A stretch of 23,610 nucleotides of DNA, from positions 1 to 23,610 of the forward strand of contig JANRJP010000074.1 in NCBI GenBank assembly GCA_033763905.1, in the 5' to 3' direction. This DNA comes from Gemmatimonadaceae bacterium (lineage in GTDB: Bacteria; Gemmatimonadota; Gemmatimonadetes; Gemmatimonadales; Gemmatimonadaceae). The translations under genes and the position numbers were made by a program. Every line of letters starts with the position of its first letter. The stretch's first letter is position 1. Shown here in pieces: positions 16,506 to 23,610 of this stretch. The notes beneath the pieces are model-generated. The model ran no database searches. It was not told the DNA's origin and saw only the letters and a program-made list of their open reading frames with translations.

Positions 16506-17012
16506 ATGACCGTCAGAGCTGAGCTCCAAGATCCCCGAATTGCACTCCTGCGTGCCATCCCTGGCGCGCTCGGGGTTCTGGGCGCGCGTGACCCACAGGG
16601 TCGCGCCCGCTTTGCGGTCGTGTCGTGGCTGACGCCTGCGGCCCACGAGCCACCGCTGGTGGCGATGTCGCTGGAACCCGACTCGTACACCCTGATGGCC
16701 CTGCGCCATAGCGGAGTGTTCGCGCTGGCCTTCCTGCCTACGAGCGCCAAGCGCACCGCCCAGCGGCTCGGCCGGGCCACGCGCGAGCTCGATGGGGACA
16801 TCGACAAGTCCGGGGGCATTATGATTTCGGCCGCGCCGGCGACGGGGTCGCCGGTGCCCAGCGATGCCTGCGCCTGGCTCGAGTGCTCGGTCAAGCGGGA
16901 ACACGCCGTCGGCGACCATATCCTGGTTCTGGGCGAGGTCATTCACGCCACCCAGCTCGACGAGACGCTGCCGACGCTGCTGTCGATGCAGCAGGCCGGC
17001 TGGAAGTACTGA
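16506..17012 (+). CDS. Flavin reductase-like FMN-binding split-barrel protein (RutF/DIM6/NTAB family)
   Basis: VSWLTPAAHEPPLVAMSL, SGVFALAFL, TGSPVPSDACAWLECSV and VGDHILVLGEV (GDH motif). ATG 16506 is in frame with the track ORF. Confidence 0.87.
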   Translation: MTVRAELQDPRIALLRAIPGALGVLGARDPQGRARFAVVSWLTPAAHEPPLVAMSLEPDSYTLMALRHSGVFALAFLPTSAKRTAQRLGRATRELDGDIDKSGGIMISAAPATGSPVPSDACAWLECSVKREHAVGDHILVLGEVIHATQLDETLPTLLSMQQAGWKY

Positions 17013-17046
17013 CGTCGGCGGCCGCGCGGCCGACGACCGCGTCCGG

Positions 17047-17370
17047 TCAGCGCTGCTGGCCGTCGCGAATGTCGAGCAGGATCTCGAAGTAGAGCTGCTC
17101 GCGGCGGTACGAGAAATCGAGCATCTGCATCTGCTGCTCGTCCCCGGTCTCGCGGGCGCGGGCGAAGGCCTCGGTGTACATCTGTTCGAGGTTGGCGAGA
17201 ATCTTGTCGCGATTGCGTGGCATACGGGTGGCCTTGATGGCGTGGGCGGTCAGGCGTGGCGGGACGTCCGGTACGGGATCGTCGTCGACATCGCTGGACA
17301 GAAAATCCACCACCTGCCGCTTCGCCTTGTCGAGCAGAAACCGTCGGGTGTTGAATTCGTCGGGGGACAC
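17047..17370 (-). CDS. Small helical hypothetical protein; true start may be ATG 17223 (58 aa)
   Basis: The C-terminal 58 aa (MPRNRDKILANLEQMYTEAFARARETGDEQQMQMLDFSYRREQLYFEILLDIRDGQQR) has protein-like composition and GC3-rich codons. It fills the gap between two plus-strand genes. Confidence 0.6.
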   Translation of the reverse strand: MSPDEFNTRRFLLDKAKRQVVDFLSSDVDDDPVPDVPPRLTAHAIKATRMPRNRDKILANLEQMYTEAFARARETGDEQQMQMLDFSYRREQLYFEILLDIRDGQQR

Positions 17371-17685
17371 GTGACCAGAGCGGAAGTGTTCGCGCGCGAT
17401 GGCTGGCGCTGCGTGTATTGCGGCGAGGTCCTGCCGCCGGAGTCGCTCTCACTCGACCACGTGCATCCACGGGTCAAGGGCGGCGACTCCTCTTCGGGCA
17501 ACGTAGTGACGGCCTGTCTGGCCTGCAACGCACGAAAAGGCGCGCGGACGCTCGCGCGGTTTCTGGCCGACGAGCCCGAGACACGGGCCCATTTCGAGAC
17601 CCTGGCGTTGCACGTGTGGCCGCGGCATCGGCGCACCTTGCAAGAGCTGATCGCGGCGGAACTGCGAGGCCGGCGGCGCGTATAA
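17371..17685 (+). CDS. Minimal HNH endonuclease (McrA/HNH_5-like), 104 aa
   Basis: RAEVFARDGWRCVYC...LDHVHPRVKGG...NVVTACLACNARKG: two CxxC zinc pairs and the DH/N/N catalytic residues. GTG start at 17371 after GGGGGA. Confidence 0.88.
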   Translation: MTRAEVFARDGWRCVYCGEVLPPESLSLDHVHPRVKGGDSSSGNVVTACLACNARKGARTLARFLADEPETRAHFETLALHVWPRHRRTLQELIAAELRGRRRV

Positions 17686-17686
17686 T
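17658..17686 (+). promoter_or_regulatory. Putative htpX promoter: ECF-sigma-like GGAAC-N16-CGTA overlapping a perfect TATAAT
   Basis: GGAAC 17658-17662, CGTATA 17679-17684 and TATAAT 17681-17686, all within the 3' end and stop codon of the HNH gene. Confidence 0.5.
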
Positions 17687-17727
17687 TCGGAGTCTGGTTG
17701 TCCTCTTTTCTGGACTGTCCTCCTCCG

Positions 17728-18561
17728 ATGAACACGCTCAAGGTTTTTGTCCTCCTCGCCGGCCTGACCGCGCTCTTCGGCGCGATCGGCGGCGCAATTG
17801 GCGGCACGAGCGGCGCGGTGCTCGCGCTGGGCTTTGCCGCCGTGATGAACGTCGTGATGTACTACGCCTCGGGCACGATGGTGCTCAAGTCGTACCGTGC
17901 GCAGGTCGTCACCGCGGCCGAAGCGCCCAAGCTCTATGCGATGGTCGACCGGCTGCGCCAGCGCGCCGGGCTGCCGATGCCGGTCGTGGCGATTGCGCCG
18001 CACGACCAGCCGAACGCCTTTGCCACGGGCCGCAATCCCGAGCACGCCGTCGTGTGCGTGACCGAGGGCCTGCTGCGCGTGATGAATCAGGCGGAACTCG
18101 AAGGCGTGATCGCGCACGAGCTCGCGCACATCAAGAACCGCGATATGCTGCTGATGACGATCGCGGCCACGATTGCCGGCGCGATCTCGAACTTGGCGCA
18201 GTTCGGCTTCCTGCTCGGTGGTCGCGACGAAGACGGCAACGCGAACCCGGTGACCGCGATCGCGATGATGATCCTGGGCCCCTTGGCTGCGATGCTCTTG
18301 CAGAGCGCGATCTCGCGCACGCGCGAGTTCAAGGCGGACGCGGTCGGCGCGGAGATCGCCGGTTCGCCCGACGGCCTCGCGAGCGCGCTGGCGACGCTCG
18401 AGCGCGCGTCGCAGCGCATTCCGATGCAGGTCTCACCGGCCGCGGCGTCGATGGCGATCGTGAACCCGCTCTCGGCCTTCCGTGGGCAGGCGCTGGTGAA
18501 GCTCTTCTCGACGCACCCGCCAACGGCGGAGCGCATCGAGGCGCTGGCGCAGCTGCGCTGA
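17728..18561 (+). CDS. htpX: Zinc metalloprotease HtpX (peptidase M48)
   Basis: N-terminal TM pair, PNAFATGRNP, GVIAHELAHIKNRD (HExxH), ISRTREFKAD, LFSTHPPTAERIEAL. Confidence 0.95.
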   Translation: MNTLKVFVLLAGLTALFGAIGGAIGGTSGAVLALGFAAVMNVVMYYASGTMVLKSYRAQVVTAAEAPKLYAMVDRLRQRAGLPMPVVAIAPHDQPNAFATGRNPEHAVVCVTEGLLRVMNQAELEGVIAHELAHIKNRDMLLMTIAATIAGAISNLAQFGFLLGGRDEDGNANPVTAIAMMILGPLAAMLLQSAISRTREFKADAVGAEIAGSPDGLASALATLERASQRIPMQVSPAAASMAIVNPLSAFRGQALVKLFSTHPPTAERIEALAQLR

Positions 18562-18576
18562 ACGCTCCAGACGAAC

Positions 18577-18618
18577 CGACACGGCGCGGGCTCCCAGGCG
18601 GGTGCCCGCGCCGTGTCG
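18577..18618. terminator. GC-rich hairpin between convergent htpX and DUF2892 genes, likely a bidirectional terminator
   Basis: Perfect 15-bp inverted repeat CGACACGGCGCGGGC (18577-18591) / GCCCGCGCCGTGTCG (18604-18618). U-tracts are weak. Confidence 0.7.
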
Positions 18619-18624
18619 CATTCG

Positions 18625-18825
18625 TCAGTTGGCGCGGCAGCCGAAGAGGCCGACGCGGCCGAGGATCTTCTCGAGCGGACAGAACGAAGTCACACTCGAC
18701 TGCAGCAGGTTGAAGCCGACAAACGCGGTGAAGGCGTACCAGCCGGGGTGCACCCAGGTGCCCAGGGCCACGGAGAGCAGCACGAACACGCCAGCGAAGC
18801 GACGGATGATGCGGTCATTGCACAT
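18625..18825 (-). CDS. DUF2892 (YgaP-like transmembrane) small membrane protein
   Basis: DRIIRRFAG...FVGFNLLQSSVTSFCPLEKIL with two TM segments and the FCP motif. GAGGA upstream; 11-bp overlap with the RND gene end. Confidence 0.85.
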   Translation of the reverse strand: MCNDRIIRRFAGVFVLLSVALGTWVHPGWYAFTAFVGFNLLQSSVTSFCPLEKILGRVGLFGCRAN

Positions 18826-21800
18826 ACTGAAGATCCTCGTGTGAGAAGGTCGGGGCGTGCAGCGTGGCCACGGCCGGGTGACTGGCCCGTCGACGCATCA
18901 GCTCCCAGTAGAGGAGCGGCACCACCACCATCGTGAGCAGGGTGGCCACGATCGCGCCGCTGATCAGCGCCACCGCGAGCCCCTGGAAAATCGGATCGAG
19001 CACCATCACCGCCCCGCCAACGACCACCGCAGCGGCGGTCAGGGCAATCGGCCGGAACCGCACCGCGCCGGCCTCGAGCACCGCGTCGCGAAGCGTACGG
19101 CCGCGCTGCTCGGCCAGCTGAATGAAGTCGACGAGCAGAATCGAGTTGCGCACGATGATCCCCGCCAGCGCGATCATTCCGATCATGCTCGTGGCGGTGA
19201 AGAAGGCGCCCGACATCGCGTGCCCGGGCAGAATGCCGATCATCGTGAGCGGAATCGGCGCCATGATCACGAGCGGAATCGTGAACGACTGGAACCAGCC
19301 GACGACCAGCACATAGATCAGCAGCAACACGATCGCGAACGCGAGCCCGAGATCGCGGAACACCTCGATCGTCACCTGCCACTCGCCGTCCCACTTGATG
19401 GCCGTCTCGCCCAGCGTGGTCGGCGCGACCGCGTTGTATCGGGCAATCTCGGCCCCGTTCACGCGGATCTGGTCGAGCTGCTTGTTCATCTCGAGAATCG
19501 CGTAGACCGGCGCCTCGATCGACCCCGCCACATCACCGGTCACGTAGATCGCCGGCCGCTGGTCCTTGCGGACGCGGCTCGTCGGGTGCGGGCTTGCGAC
19601 GATCTGCACGAAACGGCCGAGCGGCTGCGGACCACGGGCGGTCGCGACCGGCAGCGCCAGCAGCGCCTCCGGCGACTGCCGCGCGGACTCCACGAGGCGC
19701 GGCACGATCGGCATCGGCTCCCGCGCGTCCGGCGACGCCGTCAACGCCACCGGTGTTCCTGCCACGGCAAGGTACAGCGTCTTTGTCAGCTGTTCGACGC
19801 TGGCACCCGCTTCGGCCGCACGGACGCGATCAATGCGGAACGCCCGCGCCCCCTGCGGCGCTTCAATCGTCCAATCCACATCCACCACTCCGGGCGTGGA
19901 TTCGAACACGCGCTTCACCGCGGTGGCCGCCTCGAGCCGCGACGCGTCGTCGGCCGCATACACTTCGGCGACGAGCGTAGACATCACGGGCGGGCCCGGG
20001 GGAATCTCGGCGACTTTCGCCGAAGCACCGTAGCGCGCGGCGATCGAGTCAATCGCCGGACGCACCGCCACCGCAATGTCGTGGCTCTGGCGCGAGCGGT
20101 CGTGCTTGGGCGTGAGGTTCACCTGCACGTCTGCGACGTTCGCGCCGCGCCGCAAGAAGTAGTGACGGACCAAGCCGTTGAAGTTGAATGGCGCGGCCGT
20201 TCCGGCGTACACCTCGGCGCTCTGCACGTCCGGGTCCTGTCGCAGCCGCTCCGCGACTTCACGCCCAAGCGCGTGCGAGGTCTCGAGCGTCGCGCCTTCG
20301 GGGAGATCGAGCACGACCTGGAACTCCGACTTGTTGTCGAAGGGGAGCATCTTCACCTGCACCGCACGAATCGCCACAAGGCCCATCGAGCCCACCAGGA
20401 GTACGCCGACGGCGGCGTAGAACGCGGTGCGGAGCTTCGGACGATCCATCAACGGCGACATCACCGAGGCGTAGAAGCGGCCGAAGCGGGAGTCCTCTTC
20501 TTCCTCGTGCGCCGGGTCGTGCGCGGTGCCAGCGGGCTTCACGTGGCCTTTGAGCAAGCGATACGCGAGCCACGGCGTCACGATGAACGCAATGGCCAGT
20601 GAGGCCAGCATGGCTACCGATGCCCCCACGGGAATCGGGCGCATATACGGCCCCATCATTCCGGACACGAAGGCCATCGGCAGGATCGCCGCAATCACGG
20701 TGAACGTGGCGAGAATCGTCGGGTTGCCGACTTCATCGACGGCATCCACGGCGGCCTGCTCGGGCGAGCGGTCGCCCATCCGGAAGTGACGATAAATGTT
20801 CTCGACGACCACGATTGCGTCGTCCACCAGAATGCCGATCGAAAAGATCAGCGCAAACAGCGTGATGCGGTTGAGGGTGTAGCCCAAGGCGTAGTAGGCG
20901 AACAGCGTCAGCGCCAAGGTCACCGGCACTGCCACCAGCACCACCAGGGCTTCGCGCCAGCCGAGGAACGCCCAGATCAACAGCGTGACCGAAAGGGTGG
21001 CGATCAGGAGGTGCAGAATGAGCTCGCTCGCCTTCTCGCCGGCGGTCTCGCCGTAGTCCCGGGTGACGCTCACGGTGACGTCCTGGGGCAGCAGGCGGTC
21101 TCGCGCCTCGTCGACGCGCATCAGTGCCGCCGCGGCCACCGCGGTGGCGTTGGCGCCGCTCCGCTTCGCGACGGCGATCGTGACGGCAGGCTCCGCGTCG
21201 CCGGAGCGTTCGATGTGCGACACGTACTGCGTCGGCTCGCCGTGATCTTCGCGCACGGTCGCCACCGAACGAACCGCCACCGGCCGGCCGTTGCGCACAC
21301 CGACGATCACGTTCGCCACGTCCTCAACGGACGCCAGCGGCGCGCCCGCTTCGAGGCGGTACACTTGATTGCCGGCGGTGACGTCACCGGTCTGCAGGCG
21401 CGCGCTGGCGCCCTGCACCGCCATCGCGACTTCGCCTGGCGTGATGCCGGCCGCCGCGAGCCGCGAGGGATCCATCACGATCGACAGTTGCCGTGGCTGG
21501 CCGCCGACCGTGAACGTGGCGGCCACTCCGTCGACGGTGCGAATCTCGTCTTCCAGCCGAACGGCCATTTGCCGGAGCGCGTCGGCATCGTAGCCCGCGC
21601 CGTGCAGCGTGAGGGTGAGCACTGGCACGTCGTCAATCGAGTGCGGCTTCACCACGGGGGGTAGCGCCCCCGGCGGCAATTGGTCCGCAAGGCTGGCCAG
21701 CTTGGCGTGTACGCGGGTGACGCTTCGCTCCTGATCCTCGCCGACGGCGAAGCGCACAGTCACCATCGCGTAGCCGTCGCCTGACATCGTGTAGACGTGG

Positions 21801-22042
21801 TCCACGCCAGGGAGTTCGGCCATCCGTTGTTCGATTGGCCGACCAAGGCGCAGCTCGGCTTCGTCGGGTCCGACACCGGGCATCGCGGCGACGACGTCGA
21901 TCATCGGCACCGAGATCTGGGGTTCCTCTTCGCGCGGCGTGGCAAGCAGGCCGATGGCACCGACCGCCAACGACGCCATCGTGACCAAGGGGGTGAGCTT
22001 CGAGCGAAGGAAGCTCTCGGCAATTCGTCCAGAGATGCCCAT
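18815..22042 (-). CDS. RND efflux permease, AcrB/AcrD/AcrF family
   Basis: 1075 aa. PREEEPQI after TM1, GILVDDAIVVVENI (TM4), PFDNKSEF, GIIVRNSILLVDF, RFRPIALT. Confidence 0.95.
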   Translation of the reverse strand: MGISGRIAESFLRSKLTPLVTMASLAVGAIGLLATPREEEPQISVPMIDVVAAMPGVGPDEAELRLGRPIEQRMAELPGVDHVYTMSGDGYAMVTVRFAVGEDQERSVTRVHAKLASLADQLPPGALPPVVKPHSIDDVPVLTLTLHGAGYDADALRQMAVRLEDEIRTVDGVAATFTVGGQPRQLSIVMDPSRLAAAGITPGEVAMAVQGASARLQTGDVTAGNQVYRLEAGAPLASVEDVANVIVGVRNGRPVAVRSVATVREDHGEPTQYVSHIERSGDAEPAVTIAVAKRSGANATAVAAAALMRVDEARDRLLPQDVTVSVTRDYGETAGEKASELILHLLIATLSVTLLIWAFLGWREALVVLVAVPVTLALTLFAYYALGYTLNRITLFALIFSIGILVDDAIVVVENIYRHFRMGDRSPEQAAVDAVDEVGNPTILATFTVIAAILPMAFVSGMMGPYMRPIPVGASVAMLASLAIAFIVTPWLAYRLLKGHVKPAGTAHDPAHEEEEDSRFGRFYASVMSPLMDRPKLRTAFYAAVGVLLVGSMGLVAIRAVQVKMLPFDNKSEFQVVLDLPEGATLETSHALGREVAERLRQDPDVQSAEVYAGTAAPFNFNGLVRHYFLRRGANVADVQVNLTPKHDRSRQSHDIAVAVRPAIDSIAARYGASAKVAEIPPGPPVMSTLVAEVYAADDASRLEAATAVKRVFESTPGVVDVDWTIEAPQGARAFRIDRVRAAEAGASVEQLTKTLYLAVAGTPVALTASPDAREPMPIVPRLVESARQSPEALLALPVATARGPQPLGRFVQIVASPHPTSRVRKDQRPAIYVTGDVAGSIEAPVYAILEMNKQLDQIRVNGAEIARYNAVAPTTLGETAIKWDGEWQVTIEVFRDLGLAFAIVLLLIYVLVVGWFQSFTIPLVIMAPIPLTMIGILPGHAMSGAFFTATSMIGMIALAGIIVRNSILLVDFIQLAEQRGRTLRDAVLEAGAVRFRPIALTAAAVVVGGAVMVLDPIFQGLAVALISGAIVATLLTMVVVPLLYWELMRRRASHPAVATLHAPTFSHEDLQYVQ

Positions 22043-22043
22043 C

Positions 22044-23069
22044 TCAGTTGGTCTCCGGTACGACGATCACGTCACCTGCTACGAGACCGGCGGTGATTTC
22101 CGTGTACGCGCCACTCGTGGCGCCGGTGCGGACCCATCGGCGGATCGATTGACCGTTCTGTCGGATCGTGACCCCCACGAGGTCGCCGTCACGCGTGAGC
22201 GCCTTGGTGGGGACGGCGAGGCCTCGGCGCGTCCCGCGCGGAACGGCCACCGTCGCGGGCGAGCCTGCCATCAACTGACGGCCGCCGTTCGGCACGATGG
22301 CGTTGATGGTGTAGACGTTGCCGCCCGAGGGGATCACCGCTTCGATCGTAGCCGTGAGCACGGCACCACCCACGGTGACGTCCACGGTGGCGCCGCGCGC
22401 GAGTCCCCGCGCCGCATCGAGCGGTGCGTCGACGCGGATGCGCAACTGCGCGTCGTCTTGAATCGTGAGGAGTGGCGCGCCCGGGGCGGCGAAGGCCCCG
22501 GGATCGACGTGCCGTCGGACGATGGTGCCGGGGAACGGCGCGGTGACTCGAGAGTACGCGGCAAGCGTGCCGAGCTCACGAGCGGCGCCGCGTGCCTGTG
22601 CCGCCGCCGCGTTGGCGCGAGCCAGTCCGGCCTCGGCAGCATCCCGCTGCGCGGGGGTGGCCGCGCTGTCGGCGAAGAGCCCGCGAATGCGCTCGGCGTA
22701 CTGGGCCGCTTCCCGTTGCGCGGCGTCGGCGGCGCGCACTCCGGCGTCGGCCTGCTCGGCCTTCGCGGCAATGTCGCGCGCATCGAGCTCGACGAGCGGT
22801 TGTCCGGCGCTCACGCGAGCGCCTTCGCTCACCAGCACGGCGCTGACGGAGGCCATCAGCTTCGTGGAGAGCGTGGCCTCACGAATTGCCGTCGCGGTGC
22901 CGGGTAGCACGAGTGCGTCGGTGAGCGTCGTGTCGGTCGCGATGGCGGTGGCCGGAGGGGTCACCGCGGTGGCCGCCTCCGCGGGCGGCGTGTCACCGGG
23001 GCGACAGGCGGCGAGGAGCGCTGCGCTGGCGAGCAGCAGGGCGGTGGGTCGGAACGTGATGGTGGGCAT
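22044..23069 (-). CDS. RND periplasmic adaptor (membrane fusion protein), lipoprotein
   Basis: ATG 23069 gives MPTITFRPTALLLASAALLAAC (lipobox). Lipoyl-like halves VLVSEGARVSAGQPLVELD and VTAPFPGTI flank a helical hairpin. C-terminal EITAGLVAGDVIV. Confidence 0.92.
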   Translation of the reverse strand: MPTITFRPTALLLASAALLAACRPGDTPPAEAATAVTPPATAIATDTTLTDALVLPGTATAIREATLSTKLMASVSAVLVSEGARVSAGQPLVELDARDIAAKAEQADAGVRAADAAQREAAQYAERIRGLFADSAATPAQRDAAEAGLARANAAAAQARGAARELGTLAAYSRVTAPFPGTIVRRHVDPGAFAAPGAPLLTIQDDAQLRIRVDAPLDAARGLARGATVDVTVGGAVLTATIEAVIPSGGNVYTINAIVPNGGRQLMAGSPATVAVPRGTRRGLAVPTKALTRDGDLVGVTIRQNGQSIRRWVRTGATSGAYTEITAGLVAGDVIVVPETN

Positions 23070-23100
23070 ATGTGGCTCAGGTCGTGGAGGCGTATGGAGG

Positions 23101-23610
23101 TCAGCGGCTGCCGTCGACGGCGACGGCGGCGGGCGTGTCGAGGGCGACCAGCGGCGCGGGATCGGCGCCCAGGGCGTGCAGACGTCGGACGGCCGCATCA
23201 ATGGCCTGCCATCGCGCGGCGGCGTCGCGCAGTCGCGATTCCGTCAGTGTGGACTGCGCGCTCAGCAGGTCGGCGATCGTCGACAACCCCCCTTCGTAGC
23301 GGCGGCTGACGAGACGATGCGCCTCTTCGGCTTGGGCGATCGTCTGCTCGGTGAGGTCGAGTTGTCGAAGGGCGACCGCGATGCCGGCAGCCGTCTGCTG
23401 ACGATCGAGCTCGGCGCGGGCGTGTGCGGCCTCGCGCCCGGCGGTGGCTTCGCGCCGCCGAGCCGCCGCCTGCCCCGTTTCGCCGAGTTGCGACGCGAGG
23501 TGGAGCAGCGGGAGTGAGACCGCGATGCCGGCGGTCCAGTTCTCTTGGCCGGCCCAGGGGCGGAGCGCAGAGTTCCAATCCCAGCGGGCGAAGCCGTTGA
23601 CACGCGGGAG
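23101..23610 (-). CDS. TolC-family outer-membrane efflux protein, 3' part only
   Basis: Frame is open from the window end: LPRVNGFARWDWNS...NWTAGIAVSLPLL...AEEAHRLVSRRYEGGLSTIADLLSAQ, the typical OEP pattern. Lies directly upstream of the MFP and RND genes. Confidence 0.88.
   Translation of the reverse strand, partial: LPRVNGFARWDWNSALRPWAGQENWTAGIAVSLPLLHLASQLGETGQAAARRREATAGREAAHARAELDRQQTAAGIAVALRQLDLTEQTIAQAEEAHRLVSRRYEGGLSTIADLLSAQSTLTESRLRDAAARWQAIDAAVRRLHALGADPAPLVALDTPAAVAVDGSR

Noticed and set aside
17013..17035. Hairpin CGTCGGC...GCCGACG between convergent genes as a terminator
   Set aside because: Only a 7-bp stem in very GC-rich sequence with no U-tract; too weak to call.
16864..17685. 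273-aa HNH ORF as an IscB/Cas9-like or homing nuclease
   Set aside because: The upstream part is the antisense shadow of neighbouring genes. The credible protein is ~104 aa, with no RuvC motifs, intron context or element ends.
23101..23286. 61-aa stand-alone ORF in the track
   Set aside because: It is the C-terminus of the TolC-family gene, whose frame is open to the window edge.

Overview
High-GC (~68-70%) bacterial chromosomal window. Gene content and export signals suggest Gemmatimonadota or a related FCB lineage (inference, no search run). Left to right: the 5' end of a lipoprotein gene (-); a fused E1 alpha/beta branched-chain 2-oxoacid dehydrogenase and an alpha/beta-hydrolase esterase (+); a tightly packed minus-strand cluster (1929-aa surface protein with ~16 Ig-like repeats, membrane Hanks-type Ser/Thr kinase, exported TPR-like/beta-sandwich protein, small putative outer-membrane beta-barrel, LuxR-type regulator); a secreted beta-lactamase-fold serine hydrolase preceded by a 72-aa stand-alone amidohydrolase N-terminal domain; a flavin-reductase-like gene; a small hypothetical gene back-to-back with a minimal HNH nuclease; htpX; and a convergent TolC-MFP-RND-DUF2892 efflux operon. 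No rRNA, tRNA, CRISPR array or transposase was seen. The best candidate for an undescribed system is the 3536-14021 cluster, which looks like a trans-envelope surface-sensing kinase relay with an adhesin whose distal repeats carry disulfide-closed loops. Exported proteins also show Bacteroidota-like O-glycosylation sequons and Gln at +1 after the signal peptide.
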